From the IMG/VR virus record IMGVR_UViG_3300023184_000168, positions 1 through 52,988 of that record: 52,988 nt of DNA; one strand, given 5' to 3'. The notes below the pieces were generated by a model. That model ran no database searches and was not told where the DNA came from. It was given only the letters and a program-made list of their open reading frames with translations. A program made the translations under genes and the position numbers. Shown here in pieces: positions 16,329-27,900 of the stretch. The number at the start of each line of letters is the position of its first letter. Position 1 is the stretch's first letter. The DNA comes from a virus. Lineage: Duplodnaviria > Caudoviricetes.

Positions 16329-17215
16329 TGAGCAAACTTATTGGGTCTGAATGGACGTATCTTAATGCTCTTTCAGATATTTTAGAAACTGGAGAGCATC
16401 GGCCTGATAGAACTGGTGTTGGTACTATTAGTAAATTTGGACTACAGTTAAAGTTTGATCTACAACAAGGGTTTCCGGCTATTACTACAAAACGGTTAGC
16501 TTGGAAATCTGTTGTTAGCGAACTACTTTGGTTTATAGAAGGTAGTGGTGATGATAATCGTCTAAAAGAAATTCTACACGGCAGTCGCACTAGCACAGAA
16601 AATACTATTTGGTCCAGTAACGCTAACGCAGACTATTGGAAACCAAAGGCACGATTTAAAGGTGATCTAGGCAGAGTCTACGGAGTACAATGGCGTGCAT
16701 GGCGTGCTCCGGTATTTGGATCCAATAGGATGGCTGTTAAACATGTTGATCAATTGCAAGTATTGATTAATGGCATTAAAAAAGATCCATATGGGCGTAG
16801 ACATATCATTAGTGCATGGAATCCCGGTGAACTCGATTTAATGGCATTGCCTCCATGCCACATGATGGCACAGTTCTATGTTAGTAGTAATGGAAAGTTA
16901 AGTTGCCATATGTATCAGCGTAGTGCAGATATGTTTCTTGGAGTGCCATTTAATATTGCAAGTTATGCATTATTCACACATATGATTGCACAAGTGTGTA
17001 ATTTGTCAGTTGGTGAATTAATTATCTCGTTTGGTGATGCTCACATATATGATAATCACTTAGAGCAAGTTAGAGAACAACTAAGCAGAAAGCCTTTAAA
17101 TCTTCCAACACTTGAATTAAATCCGGTTGAAGGAATAACTATGTTTAAAATGGACGACATTAAATTAGTTGACTACAATTGTTATACAACTATTAAAGCG
17201 CCAATGGCAGTTTAA
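16328..17215 (+). CDS. thyA: thymidylate synthase
   Basis: DRTGVGT, ELLWF, LGRVYGVQWR, ALPPCH, YQRSAD, GVPFN, DAHIY, C-terminal MAV. Confidence 0.96.
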   Translation: MSKLIGSEWTYLNALSDILETGEHRPDRTGVGTISKFGLQLKFDLQQGFPAITTKRLAWKSVVSELLWFIEGSGDDNRLKEILHGSRTSTENTIWSSNANADYWKPKARFKGDLGRVYGVQWRAWRAPVFGSNRMAVKHVDQLQVLINGIKKDPYGRRHIISAWNPGELDLMALPPCHMMAQFYVSSNGKLSCHMYQRSADMFLGVPFNIASYALFTHMIAQVCNLSVGELIISFGDAHIYDNHLEQVREQLSRKPLNLPTLELNPVEGITMFKMDDIKLVDYNCYTTIKAPMAV

Positions 17216-18492
17216 ACTACCAAGACTTCGATAACTCCAAAGCCTTCGGATTTATTTTCGAGGGCTTTTCCTATTATAGCGCCTCCAAATACAGATTGCC
17301 CAACACACGCATATCCTGCATGAACACTAGTTACTAGTAAATCACCCTTGTTAATAGGACCAATAACTTTGCATGGAACACGGCCTTTTAAGGCAATATA
17401 AGGGTGAGTTTCGTCAGTTCCTGCCTCAGAATTCATCATATATGCTGGGTTTTTACTTACTATGCCCGCTACCCTTGTATCAGCATAAATCACAGTTGTT
17501 GTAACTTCTTTTTCGCCGCCAATTACTAACACAGTACCGGCATCATATGCTGTATCTGCTTCATATCGTTCTGCCAAATCAGCATATAACGCACTAGTAG
17601 CGAGTCCTTCAAATCGTGTTGCTCTAACATAATTGGTAGAAGGATTATACATAAATCCATAGTCTATATTAATTGTCCCTTTTCCATTTGTTGATGTTGT
17701 TGAAAACAATACTGGTTTATATGAATTAGTACCATCTACTACAAAGGTTATTCCACTTGTATATGTGGATGAATTTGCATTAATAGCGTGGGCTGCTGTT
17801 CCCCATAATACAGTACCACTTGAATATACACCAGTAGTTGGATTAATACTAGCAGACACGCCAGTAGTTGGATGGGCTCCGATTAAATTAATACCTTTGT
17901 ACAATTTTAAGGGAGGAGTTGCTGCAACATATATAGGATATGAACTAGTTGCATCTGCATATACTTCATATTCTTGATTTGAAACTACAGAAACAACATC
18001 TGTTCCAATAACTGCCTTAATGTTATATATAGCAGTACCGGGTTGTAATCTATCTTGTTCATATGAACCTCTCCAACCTGCTTGAGTATCTGCACCAATT
18101 GGCGGACCAATTAAAACATATGAAGTTCCGTTGGAAGCAAACAGTTGATCTTCTAAGGAGTTATACCAAAGATTGCCCGTGGGTGGTGGATTGTTTTCAT
18201 TAAAAGGATTCTTATCACTAACTATTAGATTAGAAATACTTTTCCACTCTTTTGAATCATAAACATTTATTCTTTTGTTAGAACTATCATACCAAATTTC
18301 GCCTTCAATTGGTTTAGATGGCGGAGTTGTATTTGAGAAATTTTCTAATAGTTTAATAAAATTTTCATTTTGAGGTTCTCCATATCCTGCATAGTTTCTT
18401 CCTAGAAATAATAAATCAGTACTTTGATCTAATGTAGCATCTTGTACAGTAGCAATTATTGAACCATTAGTTTTATTTAAAATATACGCCAT
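17212..18492 (-). CDS. tail fibre-like virion protein with C-terminal intramolecular chaperone/autoproteolytic-type domain
   Basis: N-terminal module shared with two neighbours; C-terminal ADLAERY...GIVSKNPAY...ALKGRVPCKV.G.I.KGDLLV...IIGKALE. Confidence 0.65.
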   Translation of the reverse strand: MAYILNKTNGSIIATVQDATLDQSTDLLFLGRNYAGYGEPQNENFIKLLENFSNTTPPSKPIEGEIWYDSSNKRINVYDSKEWKSISNLIVSDKNPFNENNPPPTGNLWYNSLEDQLFASNGTSYVLIGPPIGADTQAGWRGSYEQDRLQPGTAIYNIKAVIGTDVVSVVSNQEYEVYADATSSYPIYVAATPPLKLYKGINLIGAHPTTGVSASINPTTGVYSSGTVLWGTAAHAINANSSTYTSGITFVVDGTNSYKPVLFSTTSTNGKGTINIDYGFMYNPSTNYVRATRFEGLATSALYADLAERYEADTAYDAGTVLVIGGEKEVTTTVIYADTRVAGIVSKNPAYMMNSEAGTDETHPYIALKGRVPCKVIGPINKGDLLVTSVHAGYACVGQSVFGGAIIGKALENKSEGFGVIEVLVV

Positions 18493-18501
18493 TTTTAATC
18501 C

Positions 18502-19515
18502 TTAAAGTACTACAATATTAGTTAGGGTATTCAGCGCCGTATTAAAATATATATCATAATATTTCCATATTTTTATACCCGGATGTATTGGGTCATCTAT
18601 TAAATGAAAGCGACGAACAGACGGTACAAACACTGTACCACCAGAATAATAAGCGCACATTACCTTAGCATCAGATCCAATTGCATATCCTGTTTCATTA
18701 AGTTGCGTATTGGTTGCAGTTGAATAAAGAAGTCGCAAGTATTGGCTAATAGCCGCATTGCCTGCCGCTATATTTGCGATTGCTGTAGAAGTAGTTGCAT
18801 GGGCAGGATCTCCATATTCGGTAATATCATAATATGTTGTCAATGTTTTAATTGGCGGCATCTGTTGAACACCGTTAATATATAAACTGTTTTTAATATC
18901 TAAATTATCGGATACAGTAATACCTTTTACAATTGTTGAAGTAGTTGCATTACCAAGATATGTGGCGCTATCAGTAGCCTTCATAGTAAATGAAGAAGTA
19001 GTTATTACTCCCATTGAAGATCCATATGTATATATCACTCCTACTTTTTGCGGATACTGTGTATCATTTTCTCTAATAGTTGCAGAAGGAAGATCAATAC
19101 CGAACTTTCCTAACAATCCAGAAACCGACGGTCCGATTAATTTATAGATAGAACCATTCCATATACGTAGTTGACTATTAATAGTATCATACCAAAGGTC
19201 ACCTGTACTTGTTGTAACTGCTGCTGTTCCGCTTACAGTAGCACCATATGTTGGTTTAAATGAATTACCATCATATACTGTTAATCGTTTAGAAGTTGTA
19301 TTAAACCAAAGTTGTCCAATTTGCGGACTTCTTGGTTCGCTATCTATCGGTGCAGCAAAACTTGTTAATAGTTTTACTAGATTATTATTAAAATATTGTC
19401 CGTAATTATCAACATTTTTTCCAATTAAATCTAAACTGGTAGTACTACTATCAACCTGACCATTGGCTATGTTTAGTAAAACTGACCCGTCGTTATTATA
19501 TATGATGTATGCCAT
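18502..19515 (-). CDS. tail fibre-like virion protein
   Basis: Same N-terminal module (L.LIGKN...YG...N.VKLL..F...P..GQLWF), Thr/Ser-rich. Confidence 0.6.
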   Translation of the reverse strand: MAYIIYNNDGSVLLNIANGQVDSSTTSLDLIGKNVDNYGQYFNNNLVKLLTSFAAPIDSEPRSPQIGQLWFNTTSKRLTVYDGNSFKPTYGATVSGTAAVTTSTGDLWYDTINSQLRIWNGSIYKLIGPSVSGLLGKFGIDLPSATIRENDTQYPQKVGVIYTYGSSMGVITTSSFTMKATDSATYLGNATTSTIVKGITVSDNLDIKNSLYINGVQQMPPIKTLTTYYDITEYGDPAHATTSTAIANIAAGNAAISQYLRLLYSTATNTQLNETGYAIGSDAKVMCAYYSGGTVFVPSVRRFHLIDDPIHPGIKIWKYYDIYFNTALNTLTNIVVL

Positions 19516-19518
19516 ATG

Positions 19519-21258
19519 TTATGTCTTTATTATATATGTTAAATATCCACCAGTAGGAATTGAAGTTGCTGTTGACAAATTAGGAGTCCTAAAATATCCC
19601 GGACTTGCAGTTCCATAAGTACCACCTATTACACTATAAAGATTGGTATAATTTGTTATCTGATAAGAGTTTCCTAAACATGGTAAGAATCCCGACGGAA
19701 GATTAGTTGAAGTTCCAAATGCAGTTATCATTCCAGTTGTAAACAAACTAGAATATATGTCAGACAAGAAATCTAATTTAGAGATTTTTTGTAAACTAGA
19801 AACTGCTGTACTAGTATCTAACACCAATAATGTTTGTGTCGGAGTTGTACTAGAAACAGGAGATTGAGCATTAATTGCATCTCGTGTTAATGTAGTTGCA
19901 AATACGGCGGTGCCGGTTCCTTTGAATAACACCGAAGTAGCAGTAACTTGCCCTTGTATGTTAAATTCTCTAGCAGTTGCTAATGATGTTGCAGATCCTG
20001 TTACACTTCCATTAAACGTTGTTGCATATATATCGGTAGCATAAATTTCTCTAAATTTACGTGTAGTTGATCCAATGTCATATACTCCGTTAATACTAGG
20101 AAGTAATATTGCTCCGGATCCTGTGCTAGTTCCCAAAGTCATTACATCGGTACTAGTTGTTCTTCCATTTATTTTTAAATTACCTGCATTTAAATTTCCA
20201 ATGATCGATGCACCATTACTAACTGATAATGATGCCACTATACTCACATCATCTAAAAATCTTCCGCCACCATTAACATCTAAAGTAGGAGAACTAACAG
20301 TAGTTGCTGTATTAATACCAACATTATTATATCCAGAATTGAATCTTAAATAAGCATTAGAATTAATTCCAATTTTTAGCGTACCCGATGTGGTGCTATT
20401 TTCAAAATTAATAAATGAATCATTTGCTGAATTATATATCTTAAGAGGATTGTTAGTAGAATTAGATCTAACAGTTAATCCGTTTGTTGATTGTATATTA
20501 AGAGAACCTGCAAGTGTTTGCGCGGTAGCATTATTTGTTAGTACTTCTGTAGACTTAACTAATACACCTGTAGAAATTTCTAATGCTGATGCTCGTTCTG
20601 CAATTCCGTTATATTTTGCAGGCACCTTACTTGTTAAATTTGTTCCAATTTTAATTGTTGCAAATCCATCTATTACAGTTCTAGGAGTGAATGAATTGTA
20701 AGAAATAATTTCTACTACATTTCCATTTGCCCAATTTTTAATAATAGGATATCTGTCTCCTGTGGTACTTTCTACAGATACTGCTTCTGATCCCGATTTA
20801 GTATTTCCAGATTGAACAGAAGGTCCCACCACAGTCCAATTATTACTAAATCTAATTTTTAATTGATTATTTGAAGTATCAACCCAAATATCTCCCTCAT
20901 TAAGATTGTTAGAGTATCGTATAATAGGATCAGTAGATTGTTGATATATACCATTGGCACTCGGCCATCTTCCCCCGTCTACACCACCATTGTTAATTCT
21001 TAAAACTGGTTTGTTAACATCAGTAGTATCATACCAAAGTTGACCTTTAATAGCATTCGACGGTTTATTAGGGCCTGCAAAATTTTCTAATAATTTTAAA
21101 AAATTCTGAGCAACTGGAAGACCATAGTTTGAGTAACCAGGACCAACCAATGACAAACTTGTATCATTGTTAACTCCGGGTCCCTGCGGTACCGGTAATA
21201 TAGTAACGGTGTTAACGTTATTTGGATCTGAGAATTTTAATACGTACGGTGATGTCAT
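19519..21258 (-). CDS. short tail fibre-like protein with tail-collar domain
   Basis: Shared N-terminal module; C-terminal GMITAF...PSGFLPC.G......Y.NLYSVIG.TYG...FRTPNL collar motif. Confidence 0.7.
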   Translation of the reverse strand: MTSPYVLKFSDPNNVNTVTILPVPQGPGVNNDTSLSLVGPGYSNYGLPVAQNFLKLLENFAGPNKPSNAIKGQLWYDTTDVNKPVLRINNGGVDGGRWPSANGIYQQSTDPIIRYSNNLNEGDIWVDTSNNQLKIRFSNNWTVVGPSVQSGNTKSGSEAVSVESTTGDRYPIIKNWANGNVVEIISYNSFTPRTVIDGFATIKIGTNLTSKVPAKYNGIAERASALEISTGVLVKSTEVLTNNATAQTLAGSLNIQSTNGLTVRSNSTNNPLKIYNSANDSFINFENSTTSGTLKIGINSNAYLRFNSGYNNVGINTATTVSSPTLDVNGGGRFLDDVSIVASLSVSNGASIIGNLNAGNLKINGRTTSTDVMTLGTSTGSGAILLPSINGVYDIGSTTRKFREIYATDIYATTFNGSVTGSATSLATAREFNIQGQVTATSVLFKGTGTAVFATTLTRDAINAQSPVSSTTPTQTLLVLDTSTAVSSLQKISKLDFLSDIYSSLFTTGMITAFGTSTNLPSGFLPCLGNSYQITNYTNLYSVIGGTYGTASPGYFRTPNLSTATSIPTGGYLTYIIKT

Positions 21259-21260
21259 GA

Positions 21261-21926
21261 TTAAATTCCAGTACTAATACTTTGGATTCTTATTGTATAA
21301 TCAATTTGAATCATTCTGTTTAAAGATTTCTGTACAGGATGAAAAATAACATGAGTTAGCAATGATCCCAAATTTGGTCCATCTTCGCTATACCCTTTTA
21401 GTCCTAGTTCATCAAATACATATGCGCCATCTTGGTTAGTACTATTATCAAATGCAGATTGATTGTAAGGTTCTCCAAAGTCTAATAAACAACTAACTAA
21501 AACATCGGTGTAAGCAACACCCGATATATGCCTAGTTTCCATAAAATTTCTTGCTGGATCTATTGTATGAGAACGTTTTGAATCAACTGTTTTTACATAA
21601 GTTTGATTATATAATGCCGCAGCACTACCTATAGTATTTGGTGTTAGATACGTAATAATACCAGTTGGGTCAACACGACTTCCCCCGTTGCCAAATACCA
21701 TTTCTGCTATAGGACCGTTTGATTGATTTGATATACTGCTTGCTAATGCTATAGAAAAGTTTTCGTAATGAATGGCATTTCTCTTATCAACAAACACTTC
21801 TTTAGTACTAGGATCAAAAATCTTAATATGACCTTGAACGCTTACTGAACCGGTTTCGTTAGGTTTTGAAGCCTGCATTGGCTTACTATCGTTGGGTAAA
21901 TTATTCATTTGTTTATTATCATCCAT
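21261..21926 (-). CDS. putative virion structural protein
   Basis: 221 aa in the late structural block, with its own late-promoter motif. Confidence 0.6.
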   Translation of the reverse strand: MDDNKQMNNLPNDSKPMQASKPNETGSVSVQGHIKIFDPSTKEVFVDKRNAIHYENFSIALASSISNQSNGPIAEMVFGNGGSRVDPTGIITYLTPNTIGSAAALYNQTYVKTVDSKRSHTIDPARNFMETRHISGVAYTDVLVSCLLDFGEPYNQSAFDNSTNQDGAYVFDELGLKGYSEDGPNLGSLLTHVIFHPVQKSLNRMIQIDYTIRIQSISTGI

Positions 21927-21931
21927 AATGG

Positions 21932-21938
21932 TATTTAT
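21932..21938 (-). promoter_or_regulatory. late promoter ATAAATA
   Basis: TATTTAT on +; 5 nt upstream of ATG 21926. Confidence 0.65.
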
Positions 21939-21958
21939 CTTTGTAAATTATCAGCGTA

Positions 21959-24900
21959 CTATCCACCATAATAATACTGATCAGGCAGTGATGCTTCTTT
22001 TTCACGTAAGAAATGCGCTTGGATAGCATTGCTAGTTAATAAAGATTCAGTTCCTGTCCAAACATATCCTTTTCTTTGTACAATAGTAATATTGGTATTG
22101 TTACTTGTAACATCTAAAATATTTAATACTAATTCATTGGTTGCTGTAGTTATTGTAAATTCAGGAGGTAATATTACTTCACTTGTTGCAGACGGGTCAT
22201 ATGATATAGCACTATCATGTATAATTAATGGAGTTTTACGAAGTTGGCGGCCACCATAATATACTGTAACTTGATCAACTGCGTTTACGCCCGGAGTTAA
22301 TTTAATACCATCTCCAGTTGTTGTATTGGTTATTGTGCTTATTGTATAAGTTAAAGATGTTGTAGAAGTGGTCTGTACTAGTACCGATTCAGTGTACGGA
22401 ACATCTTGTTGAGGACTTTGATCAATAACACTAGTTCCTGCATAAGAAATTGCAGCAGGTGCAGTACCTAATGTTCCTCTTCTTAATTGTCTTAATACAT
22501 TTCCATCTTTTATAAAAAATTCAATACGTTCGCTATCAATTATTACTACTCCCGGTTTGTTAGTTAAAGGATTAGGTGGTACTAATTTGCTAGCATCAGT
22601 TACATATATTGCAGTATCATTATAATGTAATGGTTGTTCTAAAGTTGTACTATAGAAAGAAGAAATGCGGCCATAATGATGTCTATCAAACATATCATTA
22701 AACACTCTATATCCTAATACATTAGTACCATACGATGGGGGATTAATAGTAGTTACTATTAAACTATTACCAGGACTTAGATAAAGAGAGTTACTTAATA
22801 CAATGGTTCTCCTATCATCTAATATTTTAAACTCCCTTCTTGGAATTAATGGAGTTTGATTGTAATATACCCAAACATAATTGTCATTTAAAACAGGGAA
22901 TGATAGTTTATTTGTATTGTAAACATTTGTAGTTAATTTTTCTGTTCTAATCATCATGTTATCATGATCAGCAAACGAAACAACACGGGCATGATAATTG
23001 TTTTCTGATAGACCAACATCAAAATGTATCATGTTATCAGAGATTGAATACTCTGGCATTGGATTTCTATATCTTTCAATCGCAATTACATCATCGTTAT
23101 TTAATAAGTTGTTTACAATTGTTATTGTACTATATACTTGATCAAGTGTGTAATCAAATCCTGGTCTAAGTTCTATGCCATTAGCATAAACTTTTACATC
23201 ATCTGCATTGAATGTATATTGAGGGAACACTAAGACGCTATCTATATTATATGTAAGTTGTCCATTTGTTACTTTATAATAAGTTGTTGTTGGAGGTGTT
23301 GAACGTCCATAATACGGAGGATTACCTCGATATATATCAACAATAGCCTGTCCGCTTACTGGTTTAGAAGATCCAGGAAAATACGGTAAGGTATAACTAG
23401 CTACTCCTTCAAATGGTATTAAAAATATATCTTCATGAAATCTATTAAATTTAGTATACTCTGATTCAAAAAACCAAGATTGGATTGTAAACGGATTTAA
23501 GTTAGTATTGTCAAGTCCGTATACTCTTACACATGCCCTATTGTTTTGATCACTCACATATGTTAGCATATATCCATAATCAGTTGAGGTAGTGACTTTA
23601 TTGATCTCGGATCCATTAACAGTAACATATACTTTTCTAACATCATCGATACTGGCTAAACTTGTAAGTACAGCCGTTGTGGTATTATCAACTACAACCA
23701 TCTTACTATCAATAACTGAATTATCTCCTCCAACATCTACTACTGTATATTTTCCCACACCCTGGTACGGTATTGGAGGAATATGAATTTCATTTCCTAT
23801 CATAAAGTATTGCGTAGGAGAAGTAAATCCATAAAAAGAAGTTCTGTAACTTGTATTAACTTTACCTTTTCCTAAATATACAAATTGTCCCCCATTACTC
23901 ACTTTACTATAAAATACATGACTGCTAAAGTCTTCAATTTCAGTATAAGGTACTTGAGCAAATGTGCCGCCACCGTTTGTAATTCCTGCAACAAATCCAA
24001 GTTGTCCGTTAGTGTTTGAGCCTTTATATGTATTTTCATAATACATTTCAACAAATTGATCTTCACCATTTGAGTATAGTGTAACTTCATATGCAATAGC
24101 AGGAACAGTTGGTACTTGATTTTTATGTGAAGCATGTGTTCCATCAAATCTTATTCTAATATAATCAAAAGCATCTGATGCTCCGGTGCTTAGGAAAATT
24201 CCCGGTGTGTTTCCGGATGATAGCGGAATTAGACCTCCGTCACCTATTCCATAATTTTGCCATAAGTCAGTAAACTCAACCATTATTGCTGGATTCTGAA
24301 GATTGTATATGCCTTGATCCCATCGAGAAGCATTTTTTAAAATTAGGTCGATATAGATGTCATCAGTGTAAGGATATGCTGATTCTATAAAAACCAGAGA
24401 TCCATTTGAAGCAATAGTAAAATTATGTACAGATTTTCCATACATCTTAAATGTAAATGGCATTTCAACAAATTGTGAAAAACCAGCATTAGTAGTGGCT
24501 GCTAATGGATGCGCCGGGTCACCGTAAGTAGCGTCAATACCCGAAGGCCACCACCAATTTTGATTTGTATCTAGAATGGCATAAGGTATACCTCTGGATT
24601 CATAATAGGAATATATCGTCTCACCGAAAGTATTCTGATTTGGGTTCATAAATATCCAAAGATATCCGGTACTTGTTTCTAGGATGGCATCCTGATAACT
24701 AGGGTTTGATTTAAAAGCACCTAATGTATCCGGAGTAGCAACATCAACTGTACCAATTAGATATGGTGAAAGAATTGCTGTGCCCACTTGGCCCGCCGAT
24801 GTGGCTGTCATTCCTTCGAGAAAATGTATACCATACGTCATTTCGTCAGCAGTTAACGGATTTAATCCAACACTGTTGCCTAAACTTACAATCATACTAT

Positions 24901-27900
24901 CATAGTTATTAGGTCCCATAAGCAATGTTGCGGTTGTAGCAACTCCTGCTGTTATTGGAAACGTTCCTGTCATAACCATTGCATGGGAATCATTATCTTT
25001 TGTATATACATTAATACCTAAACTATCTATAATATGTCCATTTACTAGTTCTTCAGGAGCATAACTAGAATCTAAATTTAAAAATTTATTTCCATCTACT
25101 ATCATATCTTCAGGTGCAACACCTAATGCTCCGACAAAATTTCCTAATTCCCATGAACCTCCGGCAATGGCGGTATCTAATCCAGACATCATTGTTTCGG
25201 GTTTCCAAAATTCTATAGCAGGATAACCATATATAAAAAATTCAAAATAGTAACTACTATTAACTAGTTGATAGAACGATACTAATGCCATTCCATTACT
25301 ATCTTTTGTTATTTGATAATATTCTGCGCCAGGATGGGGCCCAGTTACTGGAATACCCGTAAGCATAGGGCTAGTTAATCCATCATTGAATATTTTAATA
25401 TTAGAAATATCGTTATATTGAATATGAAGATTTATTACTAGTGAAGTAGCAGTGGTTTTGTCATATGCTTGTACAAAATGATCTAACAGTAATATACTAG
25501 GATCAATTGTAGATAATAAAGTAACTATTGTTGCAGAAGATATTGTTGTAGCAACTGCTGTAGTAGTTGATAGAGATGATATTGCTTTTATAGCAAATTG
25601 GTCTGCGTCTAAAACACTATCAACAGTATATGTTCCATTATATCCGCTAGATGTAATCCCCGATATTACAATCTTATCACCCACAACTATACCTCCTACA
25701 TTAAATGGGGTCATAGTTTTAACAACTATTTGAGAGCCAACTGTTGTTGCGGTTGATTTTGCAGATTTAATTTTAAAAATTGGTTTACTAATTGTTATAG
25801 ATCGTGATCCTGTATCAACAGATGTTACTACAGTATCTGGTCTAATTCGAATAGTTGAAGAATTTAAAATGTTAATTAATTGCCCAGTAACAATACCTGT
25901 AGTTGTACTAATATATAAAGTAGATGTACCGATTGTAGCAGTGCTTATTATTTTTGCAGAAGCATAATAAGTTACAAGTTCACTCCAGGTTGATCCACCA
26001 ACATCAAATTTTCCTGCGCCATTAACGGTATCCCATGGAACAGAATATTCAAACGGTAGACCTTGTATAACTGATCCTGGGAAGGTAATACCTGTCATTA
26101 ATGATGATAAAGAATCAGTAGACGTATGTAGTTTTTCAATCCTATCTAATGCAGTATATAATTCTATACTCTTGTTATAAGATATTTTAAATATTTGTCC
26201 TTCTATTGGAATATAATTTAAAAATTTAAATCTAGAATATTTTTTATTATACCCATTATATTCTACTGTATAGTACTCTAACGTATAATCTGTACCTAAT
26301 ATCAATTTACTATCTAACGTTGGTACAACTGTTAATTTATCTGCATCAGCCAACCATGTAAGAACAAACTTATCATCTTTTCCTGAGCATATAAATGTAT
26401 CAAATACACGAGTTTCTCCAATTTCTGAATTATAATTTACTCTATCAAATTTAATACCAATTTTATTTTTTCTTGTTTTTAAATTTAATAATGTTGCAAC
26501 GGCGGTTGCTGTAGAAGTGACAGATGGGCCACCGCCGGTGATTGTTACCGTTGGTGCCTGTGTATATCCATTTCCTGAACTAGTTATTAATATTTGATAT
26601 ACCGTACCATTTCTAATGTAGGCACTGGCAGTTGCATCAGAAATAACAGAACCTCCGCCACCGGTGATTGTTACAGTTGGCGTTTGAGTATACCCTGCCC
26701 CACCATTAGAAACTACTATAGATCCGATTTCTGAAGTATAATTATCAACCCATGCCTTCCACGGTTGTTGATCAATTAGCGGATTCTGCAATCCTACTGT
26801 ACTAAATGTATCGGTAGTGGTGTTGTAATAAGAAGGCAAATCAAAATCAGTTGCACTTAACGATAATCTTTCGTCTGTACTTTCTAAATATGAATACTTA
26901 GAAGTATAGGATCTTAATTGGCTATGATACGGTTTAACTTCTTTGATATATTCTTCAAAATTTTGTTCATCTTCTAATTTATAAACTGGTCGTTGATCAA
27001 GTGATCCTACAACATTTGTCACATTGATAAATGAAGTTTTAAATGCCCAGTCTAATAATTTTTGTTCAGTTAATGCATACTTAACAGCGGTAAAGAAAAG
27101 TAAATTCCAATTTACTTTTAAATTATTAATAAAGATATCATCCTTTAATGCTAATAAAATATAATACAATTCTAAGTCAGGAATTTGATCGTATAATGTT
27201 TCTTCCAATGTTGCTTCATCATATGAATAATTTAATTTTCCATAATTCCATATAGAATCTAATATTTGGAAAGTACCGTTCTCACTAAAAACTATATTAT
27301 AATTTTTAGAAAAATTGCCAGCATTTTCTGTTCGCTCAAGTATAACATATCTACCATCTCCAACATTTAATACCTTTACATAGTCACCGGGTACTATGCT
27401 ATCTAATGTAGATAATTCATAGATATGAGAAACCACATAATTATATTCTTTAAACAATTTATAATCGTCACTTACCCAATTAACATAATTCCAATATAAT
27501 GGTGTGTTGTATGTTTGATTTTTAATCATTACCCACAAGGATGAAGTATAATCAAATTGATATTTTGTCCATATAAATTTATAATTTTCATCTGCCTTAA
27601 CTATAGCAGTATGGGGGCGAACTGTTAATATTGGAGCAGTTACGAATTCAGATCCCGGATCTGATATTATTACATTGATAACTTTACCTTCACTATTAAT
27701 TTCTGTTAGTAGTTCAGCCGTAGAAGTTTCAGTTAATCCAACAGTAACTTTAGGTGGTGAAGTATATCCGTATCCTGCAGATACTATATCTACGGTGGTT
27801 ATTTTACCATTGGTTACATAGCATTCTAATTTTGCTTGTGCATACTTAATAGTGATATCGTTAGATACAGATAATAAATTTGAATAATGATCAACTGAAA

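Noticed and set aside
16328-17215. thyA as a dCMP hydroxymethylase supplying the glycosyltransferase acceptor
   Set aside because: It keeps canonical dUMP-specific motifs (PPCH, YQRSAD, GVPFN with Asn) and looks like an ordinary thymidylate synthase.
17212-17215. Terminator between convergent thyA and fibre genes
   Set aside because: The two stop codons overlap in TTAA with no intergenic space or hairpin; ordinary tight packing.
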